64,000 nt of DNA from a virus, in the IMG/VR virus record IMGVR_UViG_3300036820_000007, positions 1-64,000 of that record; one strand, 5' to 3'. This document shows, one piece after another, positions 9,587 through 18,293 of the stretch (positions are counted from its first letter, which is position 1; the number at the start of each line of letters is the position of its first letter). Under the pieces are notes generated by a model. It saw only the letters and a program-made list of their open reading frames with translations, was not told the DNA's origin and did no database searches. The translations under genes were made by a program, and so were the position numbers.

Positions 9587-9910
9587 CTACCTCCCGAGCC
9601 GCGCGTCGCGCTGCGCGTCGTTCTCCACCTGGAGGATGTAGCCGCTCTTGTCGTGCATGGGGACGCGGTAGACGCGCTTGCCCACGTCGCCCGGCAGAAC
9701 GCGGCCCATGAAGTTGGCCACGGGCCAGACTTGCCCGAAGGCGCCGATGGTGGCGCGCCCCACGTCGCGGGGTCCGATCTCGAAAAAACGGCCCGCAGGA
9801 ACCGGGCACAGCTCCACCTCGGTGCCATCGACCGACCGGCCGACGAGCGTGCGGCCCGCTTGAAGGCTGCGCAGCTCTTCCGTGGTTACTTCAATTACGA
9901 TCCTTGCCAT
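9587..9910 (-). CDS. hypothetical protein
   Basis: ORF with GAGAGGAG RBS. Confidence 0.65.
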   Translation of the reverse strand: MARIVIEVTTEELRSLQAGRTLVGRSVDGTEVELCPVPAGRFFEIGPRDVGRATIGAFGQVWPVANFMGRVLPGDVGKRVYRVPMHDKSGYILQVENDAQRDARLGR

Positions 9911-9926
9911 GATCGGCTCCTCTCGG

Positions 9927-9984
9927 TGCCCCTAGCGGGCAGTGAGCCGTACCGGTTGCCCGATACGGCCGGACAGCTCGCTAG
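9927..9984 (-). ncRNA. intergenic pseudoknot element
   Basis: CUAGCG/CGCUAG; 11-bp stem with 2 G-U pairs and a GCAA tetraloop. Confidence 0.7.
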
Positions 9985-10160
9985 CCGCCGTACTTGAGAT
10001 GATGCGCCGGCTTGTCGCCCTCGACTACCGGCAGAATCGCCGCGTCGATCTCGGCGCGGTTGGCGCGGATGAAAGCGCGCTTGGACTGGCGCGAGCGGCG
10101 CCACCAGTCGTAAAGGCCCTCGTCGTTGTCAATCCACTGCTCGCGCTCGGTGTCGTTCAT
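9981..10160 (-). CDS. hypothetical protein (WIDNDEGLY)
   Basis: ATG 10160. Confidence 0.6.
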   Translation of the reverse strand: MNDTEREQWIDNDEGLYDWWRRSRQSKRAFIRANRAEIDAAILPVVEGDKPAHHLKYGG

Positions 10161-10331
10161 ACCGCGATCACCTCGATATCCTTGTATCCCTGGCTGGCCA
10201 GGTGATCGGCCAGCGAATCGGCTTCCCGCTTCGGCCAGGTCTCTTTGCCATCGCCGTCTACCCACGCGATGCCATCCACGATGACCTGATACATGCTGTC
10301 TCCTCTCGCACGGCCGGACGTCTGGATTCCG

Positions 10332-10514
10332 CTAGTTGCGAGCCGGCGTGTTCTCGGCAGTCTCCAGCTCGCATGAAATGAACTTTGGCGCCTCCGCTGT
10401 GCCTTGCATCAGGTAGGCAAGGCGCCAGATAGCGCTATCCCGATCCGCGGCCCGTACCTGGTTAGCGCGCTTGCCGCCCGCCATGTCTTCCCAGGTCACG
10501 ACGTAGGACTCCAT
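10332..10514 (-). CDS. hypothetical protein
   Basis: ATG after GAGAGGAG. Confidence 0.55.
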   Translation of the reverse strand: MESYVVTWEDMAGGKRANQVRAADRDSAIWRLAYLMQGTAEAPKFISCELETAENTPARN

Positions 10515-10602
10515 AGCCTGTCTCCTCTCGCGTACCCCGTACGGGCACCCTCCGCAACCGCTGGCACCCTGGCCAGCGATCACGGGCAGCGTCCGGTCGT
10601 GC

Positions 10603-10779
10603 TCACACTGCCGCTAGAATGCGCTCCGCTGCGGCAGGTACAGTCTCGATCGCCGCAGCCTGCCTGCCGTGGCGGTAGCCGTAGCTGTAGCTTGATCCGG
10701 GCGCCCCGTCATTCGGCCATGGCCTGCCTGCCATGCCATCCGCGTAGCCGTCCCTCTTCCCTGCCTGGTAAGGGGTCAT
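10603..10779 (-). CDS. hypothetical protein (YxxGxxDG repeats)
   Basis: ATG after GAGAGGAG. Confidence 0.55.
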   Translation of the reverse strand: MTPYQAGKRDGYADGMAGRPWPNDGAPGSSYSYGYRHGRQAAAIETVPAAAERILAAV

Positions 10780-10869
10780 TGCTGTCTCCTCTCGCGCGTG
10801 CCTGCCATCGGGCACACTCCGCGCGGCCTGGTCCATTGCTGAGCCAGGCATCACGGGCAGCGTCCGCGG

Positions 10870-11265
10870 CTACTTGCCCTTGAGTGCCCCGCTGATCAGC
10901 TTGCCGAGCTTTTCCAGCTGGCCGCGTACCTCGCTGATCATGTCGGGCACTGGGTGAGTGTTCACGATCTCATCCATGCCGACGTGCCAGCCGGAATGCT
11001 GGCCTCCGCGGAACGGCTCCGTCTCCGCCGGCATGTCGCCGAACTCGACGGACCAGAGCGAATCCTCCGCACCGTCGATTTCCTGGCCATCGATCACCGG
11101 CCGCACAATGACTCCCACGTACTGCCAGTCGCCGCGCTTGAATGCCGCCTTGTCCGACGCGCTGTAGCAGTCCGCGTCATCGGGGGATGAGTCGCAGTCG
11201 GGCGAGATCATCACGCGGTAGCTGATGCCATCGCGCGTGATCGTGCGCTCCTCTATCAGGTCCAA
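10870..11265 (-). CDS. conserved phage hypothetical protein (WQYVGVIV / DSLWSVE)
   Basis: TTG 11265 after GAGAGGAG. Confidence 0.65.
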   Translation of the reverse strand: MDLIEERTITRDGISYRVMISPDCDSSPDDADCYSASDKAAFKRGDWQYVGVIVRPVIDGQEIDGAEDSLWSVEFGDMPAETEPFRGGQHSGWHVGMDEIVNTHPVPDMISEVRGQLEKLGKLISGALKGK

Positions 11266-11356
11266 TTGGTGCTCCTCTCGGTGCGCCTTCTGTCGGGCAC
11301 GCTCCGCAGCGTTCATCCCCCCAATCCGGGGGAGTGAGCGCCACGGGCAGTGTCCG

Positions 11357-11641
11357 CTAGCGCCGGTAGGTGCCGATCAGCTGGAAACGCCAGTTGATCG
11401 ATCCGCCGATGTCCGGCAGCGCGGCCGGCGGTTCGGCTGTCTCCAGCTGCGCGGCCGGGGAGCCGTAGGACACGATTCGCAGTTCGCCCGCATTGCGGCT
11501 TGACAGATCGTGGTTTTCGTACATCGCCGCGCCGTCCCCGCGTGCCAGCCATCGGCCAACTATGGCCATGACTTCGGGCGCCTGGTCCTCGTAACGCTCG
11601 CTCACCCATGCGCCGAACGTCTCATCTGTGAACGTGATCAC
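11357..11641 (-). CDS. hypothetical protein
   Basis: GTG after GAGAGGAGG. Confidence 0.65.
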   Translation of the reverse strand: MITFTDETFGAWVSERYEDQAPEVMAIVGRWLARGDGAAMYENHDLSSRNAGELRIVSYGSPAAQLETAEPPAALPDIGGSINWRFQLIGTYRR

Positions 11642-11663
11642 TTGCGTGCCTCCTCTCGGTTAG

Positions 11664-11728
11664 TCCCCGTACGCGGGAACATGGCAGCCTGCCGGACTAG
11701 CCCAGCAAGCGCCATGAACTAGCGTGCG
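11664..11728 (-). ncRNA. intergenic pseudoknot element
   Basis: ACGC pairs with loop GCGU; AGUU linker. Confidence 0.65.
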
Positions 11729-11733
11729 CCTGG

Positions 11734-12042
11734 TTACTCGGCCGTCGGGAAGCGTTCCGAACCCTCGTCAGCGCTCCCGTTGTGGTCGCCCCTGTAGATG
11801 CACTGCGTGTAGCCGGCTGTGCAGTTACAGCGTGACTCGCACGCAGGGCAGTCGTACAGCCTGCCTGGCTCGTGCGGGTAGTCGGCATGCGGCGGCCCGT
11901 CCAGCTCCCCACGGTCGGCAGCGTCAAGAATCGCGCCGATGGCCGGCGCGCTTGCCGTGAGTTCCGCCTGGAACTTGTCCAGGGCGCGTTCGGTAGCCGC
12001 GCGCCGCTCCTCTGGCGTCATGTCGCCTAGCGTCTTGCCCAT
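11734..12042 (-). CDS. Cys-rich hypothetical protein
   Basis: ATG after GGAGGAG; HADYPHEPGRLYDCPAC. Confidence 0.6.
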   Translation of the reverse strand: MGKTLGDMTPEERRAATERALDKFQAELTASAPAIGAILDAADRGELDGPPHADYPHEPGRLYDCPACESRCNCTAGYTQCIYRGDHNGSADEGSERFPTAE

Positions 12043-12130
12043 GGCCGCATCTCCTCCCGGTGCAGATTTTCTGCACACTCCTGCGTGCTCACACCCCAGA
12101 GCATGAGCACGCAGGGCAGTGCAGACTGCG

Positions 12131-12460
12131 CTACAGCGCGGCCAGGCAGTTGCCGCACTGGCCAGGCATCTCGCCGCCAACGGGCCAGTTGTACGTCTGG
12201 CATGCCGGGCATTCCCGGCCGCGCTCACGGTGCCAGGCGATCCAGGCCGGCCAGTTGGGTGATTCGCGGAAGTCCCGCGGCAGCGTTCCCCCAGCCGCGA
12301 ACCATGCGTCAAGCGCGTCGTGGTAGCTCGTGGCGCTCTCCAGCATCGCTGCCGCAGTGTCCGCGTATCCCAATTCCAGCATTGCGCGAATGTCGCAATG
12401 GCTGTCGTTGCACGGGTGATCCGTCTCGACTGCCGTTGCCAGGTCATCCATGGTTGGCAT
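12131..12460 (-). CDS. Zn-ribbon hypothetical protein
   Basis: CPAC...CGNC; RBS. Confidence 0.6.
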   Translation of the reverse strand: MPTMDDLATAVETDHPCNDSHCDIRAMLELGYADTAAAMLESATSYHDALDAWFAAGGTLPRDFRESPNWPAWIAWHRERGRECPACQTYNWPVGGEMPGQCGNCLAAL

Positions 12461-12671
12461 TGCTGTCTCCTCTCATGTGTGCATGTTCCGCACACTCCAC
12501 AGTGCCCGCACCTAGCGGGCACCATGGGCAGTGCGGACTGCGCGTTACCGGCGTCCTAGAACGTGGTAACGAAACCCGCGACCGCGGCACCGGCAGGCAG
12601 CCCGGTGCAGCTTCCGGTTGTGCAGGTAACTGCGGTAATGGCGCAAGTTCACCGTGCTATCTCCTCTCACC

Positions 12672-12743
12672 ATGCCTACCGAACGTAAGCACGTGGCCAG
12701 CAACGGGGGAGTGCTCCCCGCTCCTGGCCATGCGCCGGCGTCC
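12672..12743 (-). ncRNA. intergenic pseudoknot element, CCGG-linker subtype
   Basis: GGACG pairs with CGUUC. Confidence 0.65.
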
Positions 12744-13271
12744 CTACCGATCTTCCGCGAACAGTGCCAGCCGGTCGGCAGCCGTGGCGATGATCGCGGT
12801 TGCGTCTGTGTCACAGCCGCGCGTCGGCAGGAAACCCGCTAGCTCGCGTGCCATCTGAGCGTGCGTCCTGGGTGCGCCCGACGCGAGGTCATCGCCGTTG
12901 GTGATCTCGGTTCCGTCCGCGTACACCGCGTAGTCCCACCCGTTGTGAGCGTAGGACTGGCCAACCGTCCCCCCGCCATGCGCCGAGATTGCGATGATGA
13001 GTGTTGGCTCATCGCTCGGCGCGCGGTTCATTGCGGGAACCGTGACCTTGTATTCATGCTGTGCCAGCGTGTAGCCGTACAGCGTGTGATCATCCATGGC
13101 GCGTAACTCCCCGTCGTTTCCCTGCAGAGACTGAGGCCACGGGCACGGCGCTATCCCTTTTGCGATCAGCTCGGCATCATGATTACGCAGGTAGTCTGCG
13201 TAATCCTTGCCGAACATCTGCCCGGCCTTCCGGTAGCCCCTTTCGCACTCGGGGCGTTCCGTTACCGCCAT
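12744..13271 (-). CDS. hypothetical protein
   Basis: ATG after GAGAGGAG. Confidence 0.65.
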   Translation of the reverse strand: MAVTERPECERGYRKAGQMFGKDYADYLRNHDAELIAKGIAPCPWPQSLQGNDGELRAMDDHTLYGYTLAQHEYKVTVPAMNRAPSDEPTLIIAISAHGGGTVGQSYAHNGWDYAVYADGTEITNGDDLASGAPRTHAQMARELAGFLPTRGCDTDATAIIATAADRLALFAEDR

Positions 13272-13292
13272 TCCGCTGTCTCCTCTCATTGC

Positions 13293-13356
13293 CGGCCGGT
13301 CTAGGCCGAGTGAGCACGCAGGCTAGCTACAGGCTGCGTGCTCAACTGCCGACCGG
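13293..13356 (-). ncRNA. intergenic pseudoknot element, GGCAGU-linker subtype
   Basis: CCGGUC pairs with GACCGG; related copy near 14725-14790. Confidence 0.65.
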
Positions 13357-13910
13357 ATAGCCGCTCATCATCCCTCGTGCCCCTCCTCCTCGGTATGAGT
13401 GCAGCGATGCTCGCACGTTCTCTCGTGATGCTCGCAACCGCAGCACTCGCAATGGTCGGACCTGCCCTCGGTGGCGCCACAGTGACACCACCATTGACCC
13501 TCGCGCTGTTCCATACGCCCCGTCATCGCCGTCTCCTCTCGCTAGCGTGTCCGTTATGCATTAAGCCTGACCAGGTACACCGTGCTTTTGCTTCCGCAGA
13601 CGGTCCAGGCCGCCTGCCTCCCTGGTACAGATTCGGCGAATACTCCCATCACCGCTGGATTCTCGCCTTTGCCGGTTTCGCCCGGCACGGTCGGCGCATG
13701 CACTAACCGCCCACTTAGGCGGCACGATGGTCACGCGCCGGCGTTGTGCGCGCTTGCCCTGTTGCCAGGGGCGCGCGTTTCTCCCTCATCCCGCATTGGC
13801 CAGGTTCGAACCATCACGCCGATCGGCAGTTATCGCCTAGCGGTCTGCCAGGGCCGTAGCGCTGGCCTGCCTAACACTGCCTGGCTTGCGGGACCTGGCG
13901 GGCCCCCCTC

Positions 13911-14120
13911 TCAGAAAGATATGTCGCCCCACGCTGACCAGTCCTGTACCAGCGTGGCCATGTGATCCTGGAACGCCTGCCAGTCGGCCGCGGTCCAGTC
14001 CTTACGAGGCTTGGTCTGCCAGTCCATGGCGTCCCCCTCTCGCTCGCGCAGTTGCAGCTCGTTCGTGATTTCGTAAAGCGCTTCGTGCAACTCGTCCGTC
14101 GTCATCTTGCCGACGTTCAT
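13911..14120 (-). CDS. hypothetical protein
   Basis: ATG after GAGAGGAGG. Confidence 0.6.
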   Translation of the reverse strand: MNVGKMTTDELHEALYEITNELQLREREGDAMDWQTKPRKDWTAADWQAFQDHMATLVQDWSAWGDISF

Positions 14121-14138
14121 TGCAGCCGCCTCCTCTCG

Positions 14139-14210
14139 GTGCCCACAGAGCGTAAGCACGTGGCCCGGCCAGCGAACCTGAGCACGCTGGCCGGCCATGT
14201 ACCGGCGCTA
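14139..14210 (-). ncRNA. intergenic pseudoknot element, CCGG-linker subtype
   Basis: AGCG pairs with CGCU; compensatory relative to the 12672 copy. Confidence 0.65.
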
Positions 14211-14561
14211 CGGTCCTTCCGTTGCTACCAGCCCGGTACGCGTCCACAGGATCTGATCCCGCGTTCCGGTGTACCAGAAGCATCCCCGCACGCTGAATAC
14301 TTGCTCGCATGCGACTTCCGGTGCTCGCTGAACACACACGTAGGTGTGCCTGTCGATCCCCATGGACGCGCCGCGCTTGCACGCTGCCATGATCTGCCGG
14401 CGCGTGGCGTGGTGAACCGTCGCCGCGTGAGCGCCGCTCAGCCCGTAGCCAGCCAGGCCGCCGGCGATGGCAACCGCAACTGCGGCCGTCCTGACGATTC
14501 GCCGCGACCGGCTAGCCGGTGCAGCATGGCGCCTGGTGACCTTACGGTGATTCCCCCGCAT
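14208..14561 (-). CDS. putative secreted protein
   Basis: Basic N-terminus, hydrophobic stretch, AHA signal-peptidase-like site. Confidence 0.55.
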   Translation of the reverse strand: MRGNHRKVTRRHAAPASRSRRIVRTAAVAVAIAGGLAGYGLSGAHAATVHHATRRQIMAACKRGASMGIDRHTYVCVQRAPEVACEQVFSVRGCFWYTGTRDQILWTRTGLVATEGP

Positions 14562-14793
14562 TGCTGTCTCCTCTCGGTTAGCGCTGATCAGCGCTGCACG
14601 GCGCGCAATCTCGCCGGCCTGGTGGCCGGTGCCTAGGGTGCTTTACCTCCTCCCCGTAGCGGCCTGGAGTGCCTAGGATCGCTCTCCAGGGATTGCGTGC
14701 CATGCCGAACGTGACCAGTGTTCCGATCCGGCCCGGTCAAGGCCGAGTGGGCGCACGTACATGACGCGTGCGCTCAACTGCCGGCCGGACTTG

Positions 14794-15069
14794 CTACAGC
14801 GTCTCGCCCCGCCCGTGGAAAGCCAGGCTGTTCCACGGCATCGTTGCCGTTGTTCCGCCGTCAAACTCCACGGTGACGAAACCGGGCTGCTGCGCGTGCT
14901 GATCGATGACTGTTCCCTCGTCGCCGCTCTTGCGCAGCGTGACGCGCGTCCCGTTCGGGATGAGGGCCGGCCGTTCCCCGCGCGGCCCGCGTGGGCCGGC
15001 GTGAAAGAAATGGCACACCGCGCAGTTGCCCGGATCGGTGCCGTCATCGGTGAACTCGTGAAGCCCCAC
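14794..15069 (-). CDS. hypothetical protein
   Basis: GTG after GAGAGGAG. Confidence 0.55.
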   Translation of the reverse strand: MGLHEFTDDGTDPGNCAVCHFFHAGPRGPRGERPALIPNGTRVTLRKSGDEGTVIDQHAQQPGFVTVEFDGGTTATMPWNSLAFHGRGETL

Positions 15070-15086
15070 AGCTGTACTCCTCTCGC

Positions 15087-15153
15087 TTGCCCTAGCGGGC
15101 AAGGAAACGGCCAGCACCGGTCAGGGTGCTGGCCCTTCGGCCAACTCGCTAGG
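15087..15153 (-). ncRNA. intergenic pseudoknot element
   Basis: CCUAGCG pairs with CGCUAGG; AGUU linker; 10-bp stem. Confidence 0.7.
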
Positions 15154-15382
15154 TCAGGCCGTCGCCGTTGGCGTCCGCGAGCATGATCAGCAGCTCAGCG
15201 ACGGTTGTCACGTCTGTGTAGCGGGTCACGGCGATGCCCGTGCGGTCCGCCAGGACACGCCGCAAGCCGGCCACGGTGTGACCGCCGAGCGACTGATCGA
15301 TCGCGGCGAAAACTGCGCTGGTCACTGCAAAGTGACCGTGAGCATTGGTCAGGCGCAAGATGCCGCGCTGCCTGTCGTTCAT
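15149..15382 (-). CDS. hypothetical protein, first gene of left-arm operon
   Basis: ATG after GAGAGGAG. Confidence 0.6.
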   Translation of the reverse strand: MNDRQRGILRLTNAHGHFAVTSAVFAAIDQSLGGHTVAGLRRVLADRTGIAVTRYTDVTTVAELLIMLADANGDGLT

Positions 15383-15394
15383 CGTTCTCCTCTC

Positions 15395-16028
15395 GATACC
15401 GGGCATGATCGCCCGTGAGAGCACTGAGCGGCGGTATCCGGAAGGCGATCCCCGGCCGCGCGCCTGCGAGTTAGCCCCTAGGCGATTCGCCTAGGCTCGG
15501 TGCGCCTCATGCCGCATGCTCAGTGCTCACACGGGAGCACCGGAACCGCAGGCACGTGCAAGTAGCTGCTTTCGCGCTCGCGGTTCCGGTGTCCCAGTTA
15601 GAGGAGTGCCGGCCATGTCAGGGTGCTGAGCATCGGGCGCTTTCGCGCCGGGAACTGCTCAGGATGCCGATGTGCTGACTCGCGCTTACCTTCCGGGATC
15701 GGTGTGCTGATCCTCGCGGTTTCCCCTATGCGGAAGGTCTTGCCTGACATGGCCGGCTGATCTCACCCGTACCGCTTACCGAGGCGGTACACCCGTCTCA
15801 GCAGTGCGGGCGAGAAGTCTTGTCTTGCTATGTCCCCGGAACGCCGGGGGTTCGGATACTTGCGGCTAGCCGGGACCGGGACACCCGCCAGGCTCTTAAC
15901 CCCTGGCGTCTCACCTTGTCGGCCCTTGCGGGGCGAATCCAGCTGGCGCGTGCTTCAGTTCTCTTGCCCAACCGTGACCCCTTGCGGGGCGGGGCGCCGG
16001 TGCCTGTCACTGCGTGTCCGGCCGATCG
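15395..16028 (-). ncRNA. candidate large structured RNA / 5' leader (~640 nt)
   Basis: Nested long helices (15608-15622 with 15743-15757, 15 bp; 15538-15549 with 15580-15591; 15412-15429 with 15518-15535); several GAAA/GCAA tetraloops on the minus strand; no credible ORF. Confidence 0.65.
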
Positions 16029-16034
16029 ATAGCT

Positions 16035-16062
16035 ACTTTACCCGGGGGTGGCCGAAGTGCAA
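16035..16062 (-). promoter_or_regulatory. sigmaA/HrdB-like promoter TTGCAC-16-TAAAGT
   Basis: Consensus-like hexamers directly upstream of the structured leader. Confidence 0.55.
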
Positions 16063-16489
16063 CCCGTTTTCGCGAAGTTTCTCTGAATCCCTTACGGCAT
16101 AGGGGTTTCTTGGCGTGGCGCCGGGCGTGTCGCTGCGGAGGTGTCTGGCTTGAGGTCAGATCGGCGCGATTTCGCGCGGGTGTGGGTGGGTGCTGAGCTC
16201 GCGTCTGCGCACGGTGGAGCTCAGCACCGTACCCAGCCATCGTGACCGGCATGAATGACCACCCGCCCGTCGGCAGGGTAGTCACATCTGACGTCAAGCG
16301 TTAACTTATGAGAATGAACCTTATCCGTAGTGCACGCGGGTGTCGGTGGGCAGCTACGGGGGATTGTCCGTTAGTATCACCCTATAGCCACTTTAAATAC
16401 CGCATAACCCCCCAAATTTACCCTCCGCGACCCTCAAAAATTTCGCGCATGGTGTTTTCCGCGCGCATATAGCCCCCCGGGAGCAAGGT

Positions 16490-16738
16490 GTGGACTTGGG
16501 CGGCATGACCCTGGTCCTTCCATTCGATTCCGATGAGGCCGAATTCCGCCGTGGTGTCGAAGTTGGCATGCTCTGGACCATGGTGCGTGAGCGCGAGCCT
16601 GCGCCGGCGGCCATGATGATCCACTCCGATAACGCGGAGATGGTGATCCGGATCGCGGAGGCATGCGAGCTTCCGTTCACAGCGGCCCCGGCCAGCGAGG
16701 ACTGGCTTTACATCACGATCGGCCCGAAGGCACCCTGA
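16490..16738 (+). CDS. hypothetical protein
   Basis: ORF with phage-like codon usage. Confidence 0.55.
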   Translation: MDLGGMTLVLPFDSDEAEFRRGVEVGMLWTMVREREPAPAAMMIHSDNAEMVIRIAEACELPFTAAPASEDWLYITIGPKAP

Positions 16739-16821
16739 CCACTTCAGCAGGCCCGTGCGTGCATGTAGCGTTCTCAGGTCACGATGGCCCCAGCGGAGGC
16801 CTAATAGCCTCTGGGCTATCG

Positions 16822-17109
16822 CTAGATGCTGCCGTGCATGCCCGTGAACACGATCAGTGGCCAGGGCCCCGGCTCTCGCCATGATCCGTCGGCCATGAAG
16901 CCCCACGCCCAGTTCTGGATGTAGCCGCAGCCGCAGTGCCAGCCATCTTCGGCGGCCTGCAGTACCTCGCGCCCGGCGAGATGATCCGGCCCCCTGCAGT
17001 CTTCATTGCCGCAAGTGAACGGATGCCCAGCGCCGGAGTGCTGGTAGCCGTTCAGGCTCTCCACCTGGGCGGCTGTGAACGGGGCCAGCGCCCGGATGCC
17101 AGTGCTCAT
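16822..17109 (-). CDS. hypothetical Cys/His protein (HPFTC...WHCGCGYIQNWAW)
   Basis: Conserved-looking phage small protein. Confidence 0.6.
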   Translation of the reverse strand: MSTGIRALAPFTAAQVESLNGYQHSGAGHPFTCGNEDCRGPDHLAGREVLQAAEDGWHCGCGYIQNWAWGFMADGSWREPGPWPLIVFTGMHGSI

Positions 17110-17147
17110 GCTCCCCATCTTCCCTGATGACAGCCGGGGGTGCGCCC

Positions 17148-17774
17148 ATGCCCCGTCGCCGCACCATGTCCGGCCGCAAGGTGGAGCAGGCCCAGATCGA
17201 CGCGAAGGCCGCCGAGCTCGCGGTCCAGGGCCTGACGATGACGCAGATCTCCCAGCGGATGGGCTGGGCAAGCCCGTCTACGGCGAGCACGGCGATCAAC
17301 CGGCACCTGGCCCGGTCGGCTGAACCGGTCAACGAGGCTCTGAGACGCCTGTGGGGCCACCGGATCGAGGAGAGCGTGAAAGTGGTCTGGGAGGCCATGC
17401 ACGCGGAGAACCTGGTGGTCAGCCAGGGCAAGGTGGTCAGCGATCCGAGGACCGACGAACCGCTGATCGACCGGGACCCGAATGTGCGGGCCGCGGACAC
17501 GATGATGCGGCTGGGGGAGCGGGCGTCGAGGCTGTTCGGGCTGGACGCGCCGAAGAAGACGGTCACCCTGACGGTCGACATGATGCGCTCCGAGCTCATG
17601 GAGCTGGGCGGCAAGCTCGGGTTCGACGATCCCCTCAGCGTGGCGAACGCCCTCGCGGAAGCTTCGGCGCTGCAGATCGCGGAGGCGGGCGGGGGAGCGG
17701 TCCCAGAGCCTGCGGACGTCGTCGAGGGCGAGATCGTGGAAGACAGGCCACAGGGCGTGCAGGGAGACGGATGA
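17148..17774 (+). CDS. terS: terminase small subunit (N-terminal HTH)
   Basis: HTH (GLTMTQISQRMGW), RLFGLDAPKK motif, position upstream of terL. Confidence 0.7.
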   Translation: MPRRRTMSGRKVEQAQIDAKAAELAVQGLTMTQISQRMGWASPSTASTAINRHLARSAEPVNEALRRLWGHRIEESVKVVWEAMHAENLVVSQGKVVSDPRTDEPLIDRDPNVRAADTMMRLGERASRLFGLDAPKKTVTLTVDMMRSELMELGGKLGFDDPLSVANALAEASALQIAEAGGGAVPEPADVVEGEIVEDRPQGVQGDG

Positions 17775-18037
17775 CCGAACTGGTACATATCGCAGGCACT
17801 CAGGTCCAGGCTGGCTCGCGACTCCGCCAGCGATGCTCATGGTGCGGCACGATGCTCTGCGATTATGACCTTGAGCGCGTCGCGGTACCCGCCGGCCAGG
17901 ATCCGCGACCGGCGTTGTGGGAAACAGGCACGCTGGTTGCAGTGAACGGGAACGTCTCCTGGGTGGTCGAGCACGAGGACGGTGACGAGATCCCGGGCAG
18001 CGCCTGCGCGCGGCTCGACGATGCAGTGACGGCTTAG
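17771..18037 (+). CDS. hypothetical protein
   Basis: ATG overlaps terS stop; CSWC. Confidence 0.6.
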   Translation: MTELVHIAGTQVQAGSRLRQRCSWCGTMLCDYDLERVAVPAGQDPRPALWETGTLVAVNGNVSWVVEHEDGDEIPGSACARLDDAVTA

Positions 18038-18293
18038 GGTGGCCCGGGCGGTACCCACTCCTCCTGGTAGCCGGGCCGGCGCCGGTATCCCGAGGCGAGC
18101 AGGCGTACGGTCCGGCAATAGCCGTAGCCTTTGACGCCGCCCTGGCCGTAGCAGTGGCAGGTCACGCATCCATGATCCTAGTTTGCGCCGCCGATGGAGA
18201 CGACGGAATAGCCCCCGTACGCCTCGCTCGCGCCGTGGCGCCAGAGGATGTAGTGGATGTAGTGGATGTAGTGCTCATCCAGGATGGCCAGTT
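18034..18293 (-). pseudogene. DUF6221-like gene, C-terminal half
   Basis: LAILDEH...YCRTVRLLASGYRRRPGYQEEW; in-frame TAG at 18178-18180; 9-bp repeat x3 at 18247-18273. Confidence 0.75.

Larger units (their letters stand above)
3857..15153 (-). repeat. dispersed family of ~20 intergenic structured elements (pseudoknot strand, long stem, short hairpin, GAGAGGAG RBS)
   Basis: Same architecture with compensatory base changes at ~3870, 4614, 5940, 6394, 7170, 7750, 8000, 8874, 9145, 9529, 9927, 10530, 10795, 11280, 11664, 12060, 12478, 12672, 13293, 14139, 14725, 15087. Confidence 0.85.

Noticed and set aside
3857-15153. Integron attC cassette array
   Set aside because: No RYYYAAC...GTTRRRY box order, no integrase in the window, and G-U/GNRA strand bias favours RNA
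3857-15153. CRISPR array or known self-cleaving ribozymes
   Set aside because: Repeats are not identical and separate whole genes; no hammerhead CUGANGA/GAAA core or HDV, twister or pistol topology seen
15538-15591. Group II intron domain V look-alike
   Set aside because: Only a loose resemblance; no GUGYG 5' end, domain VI or maturase found
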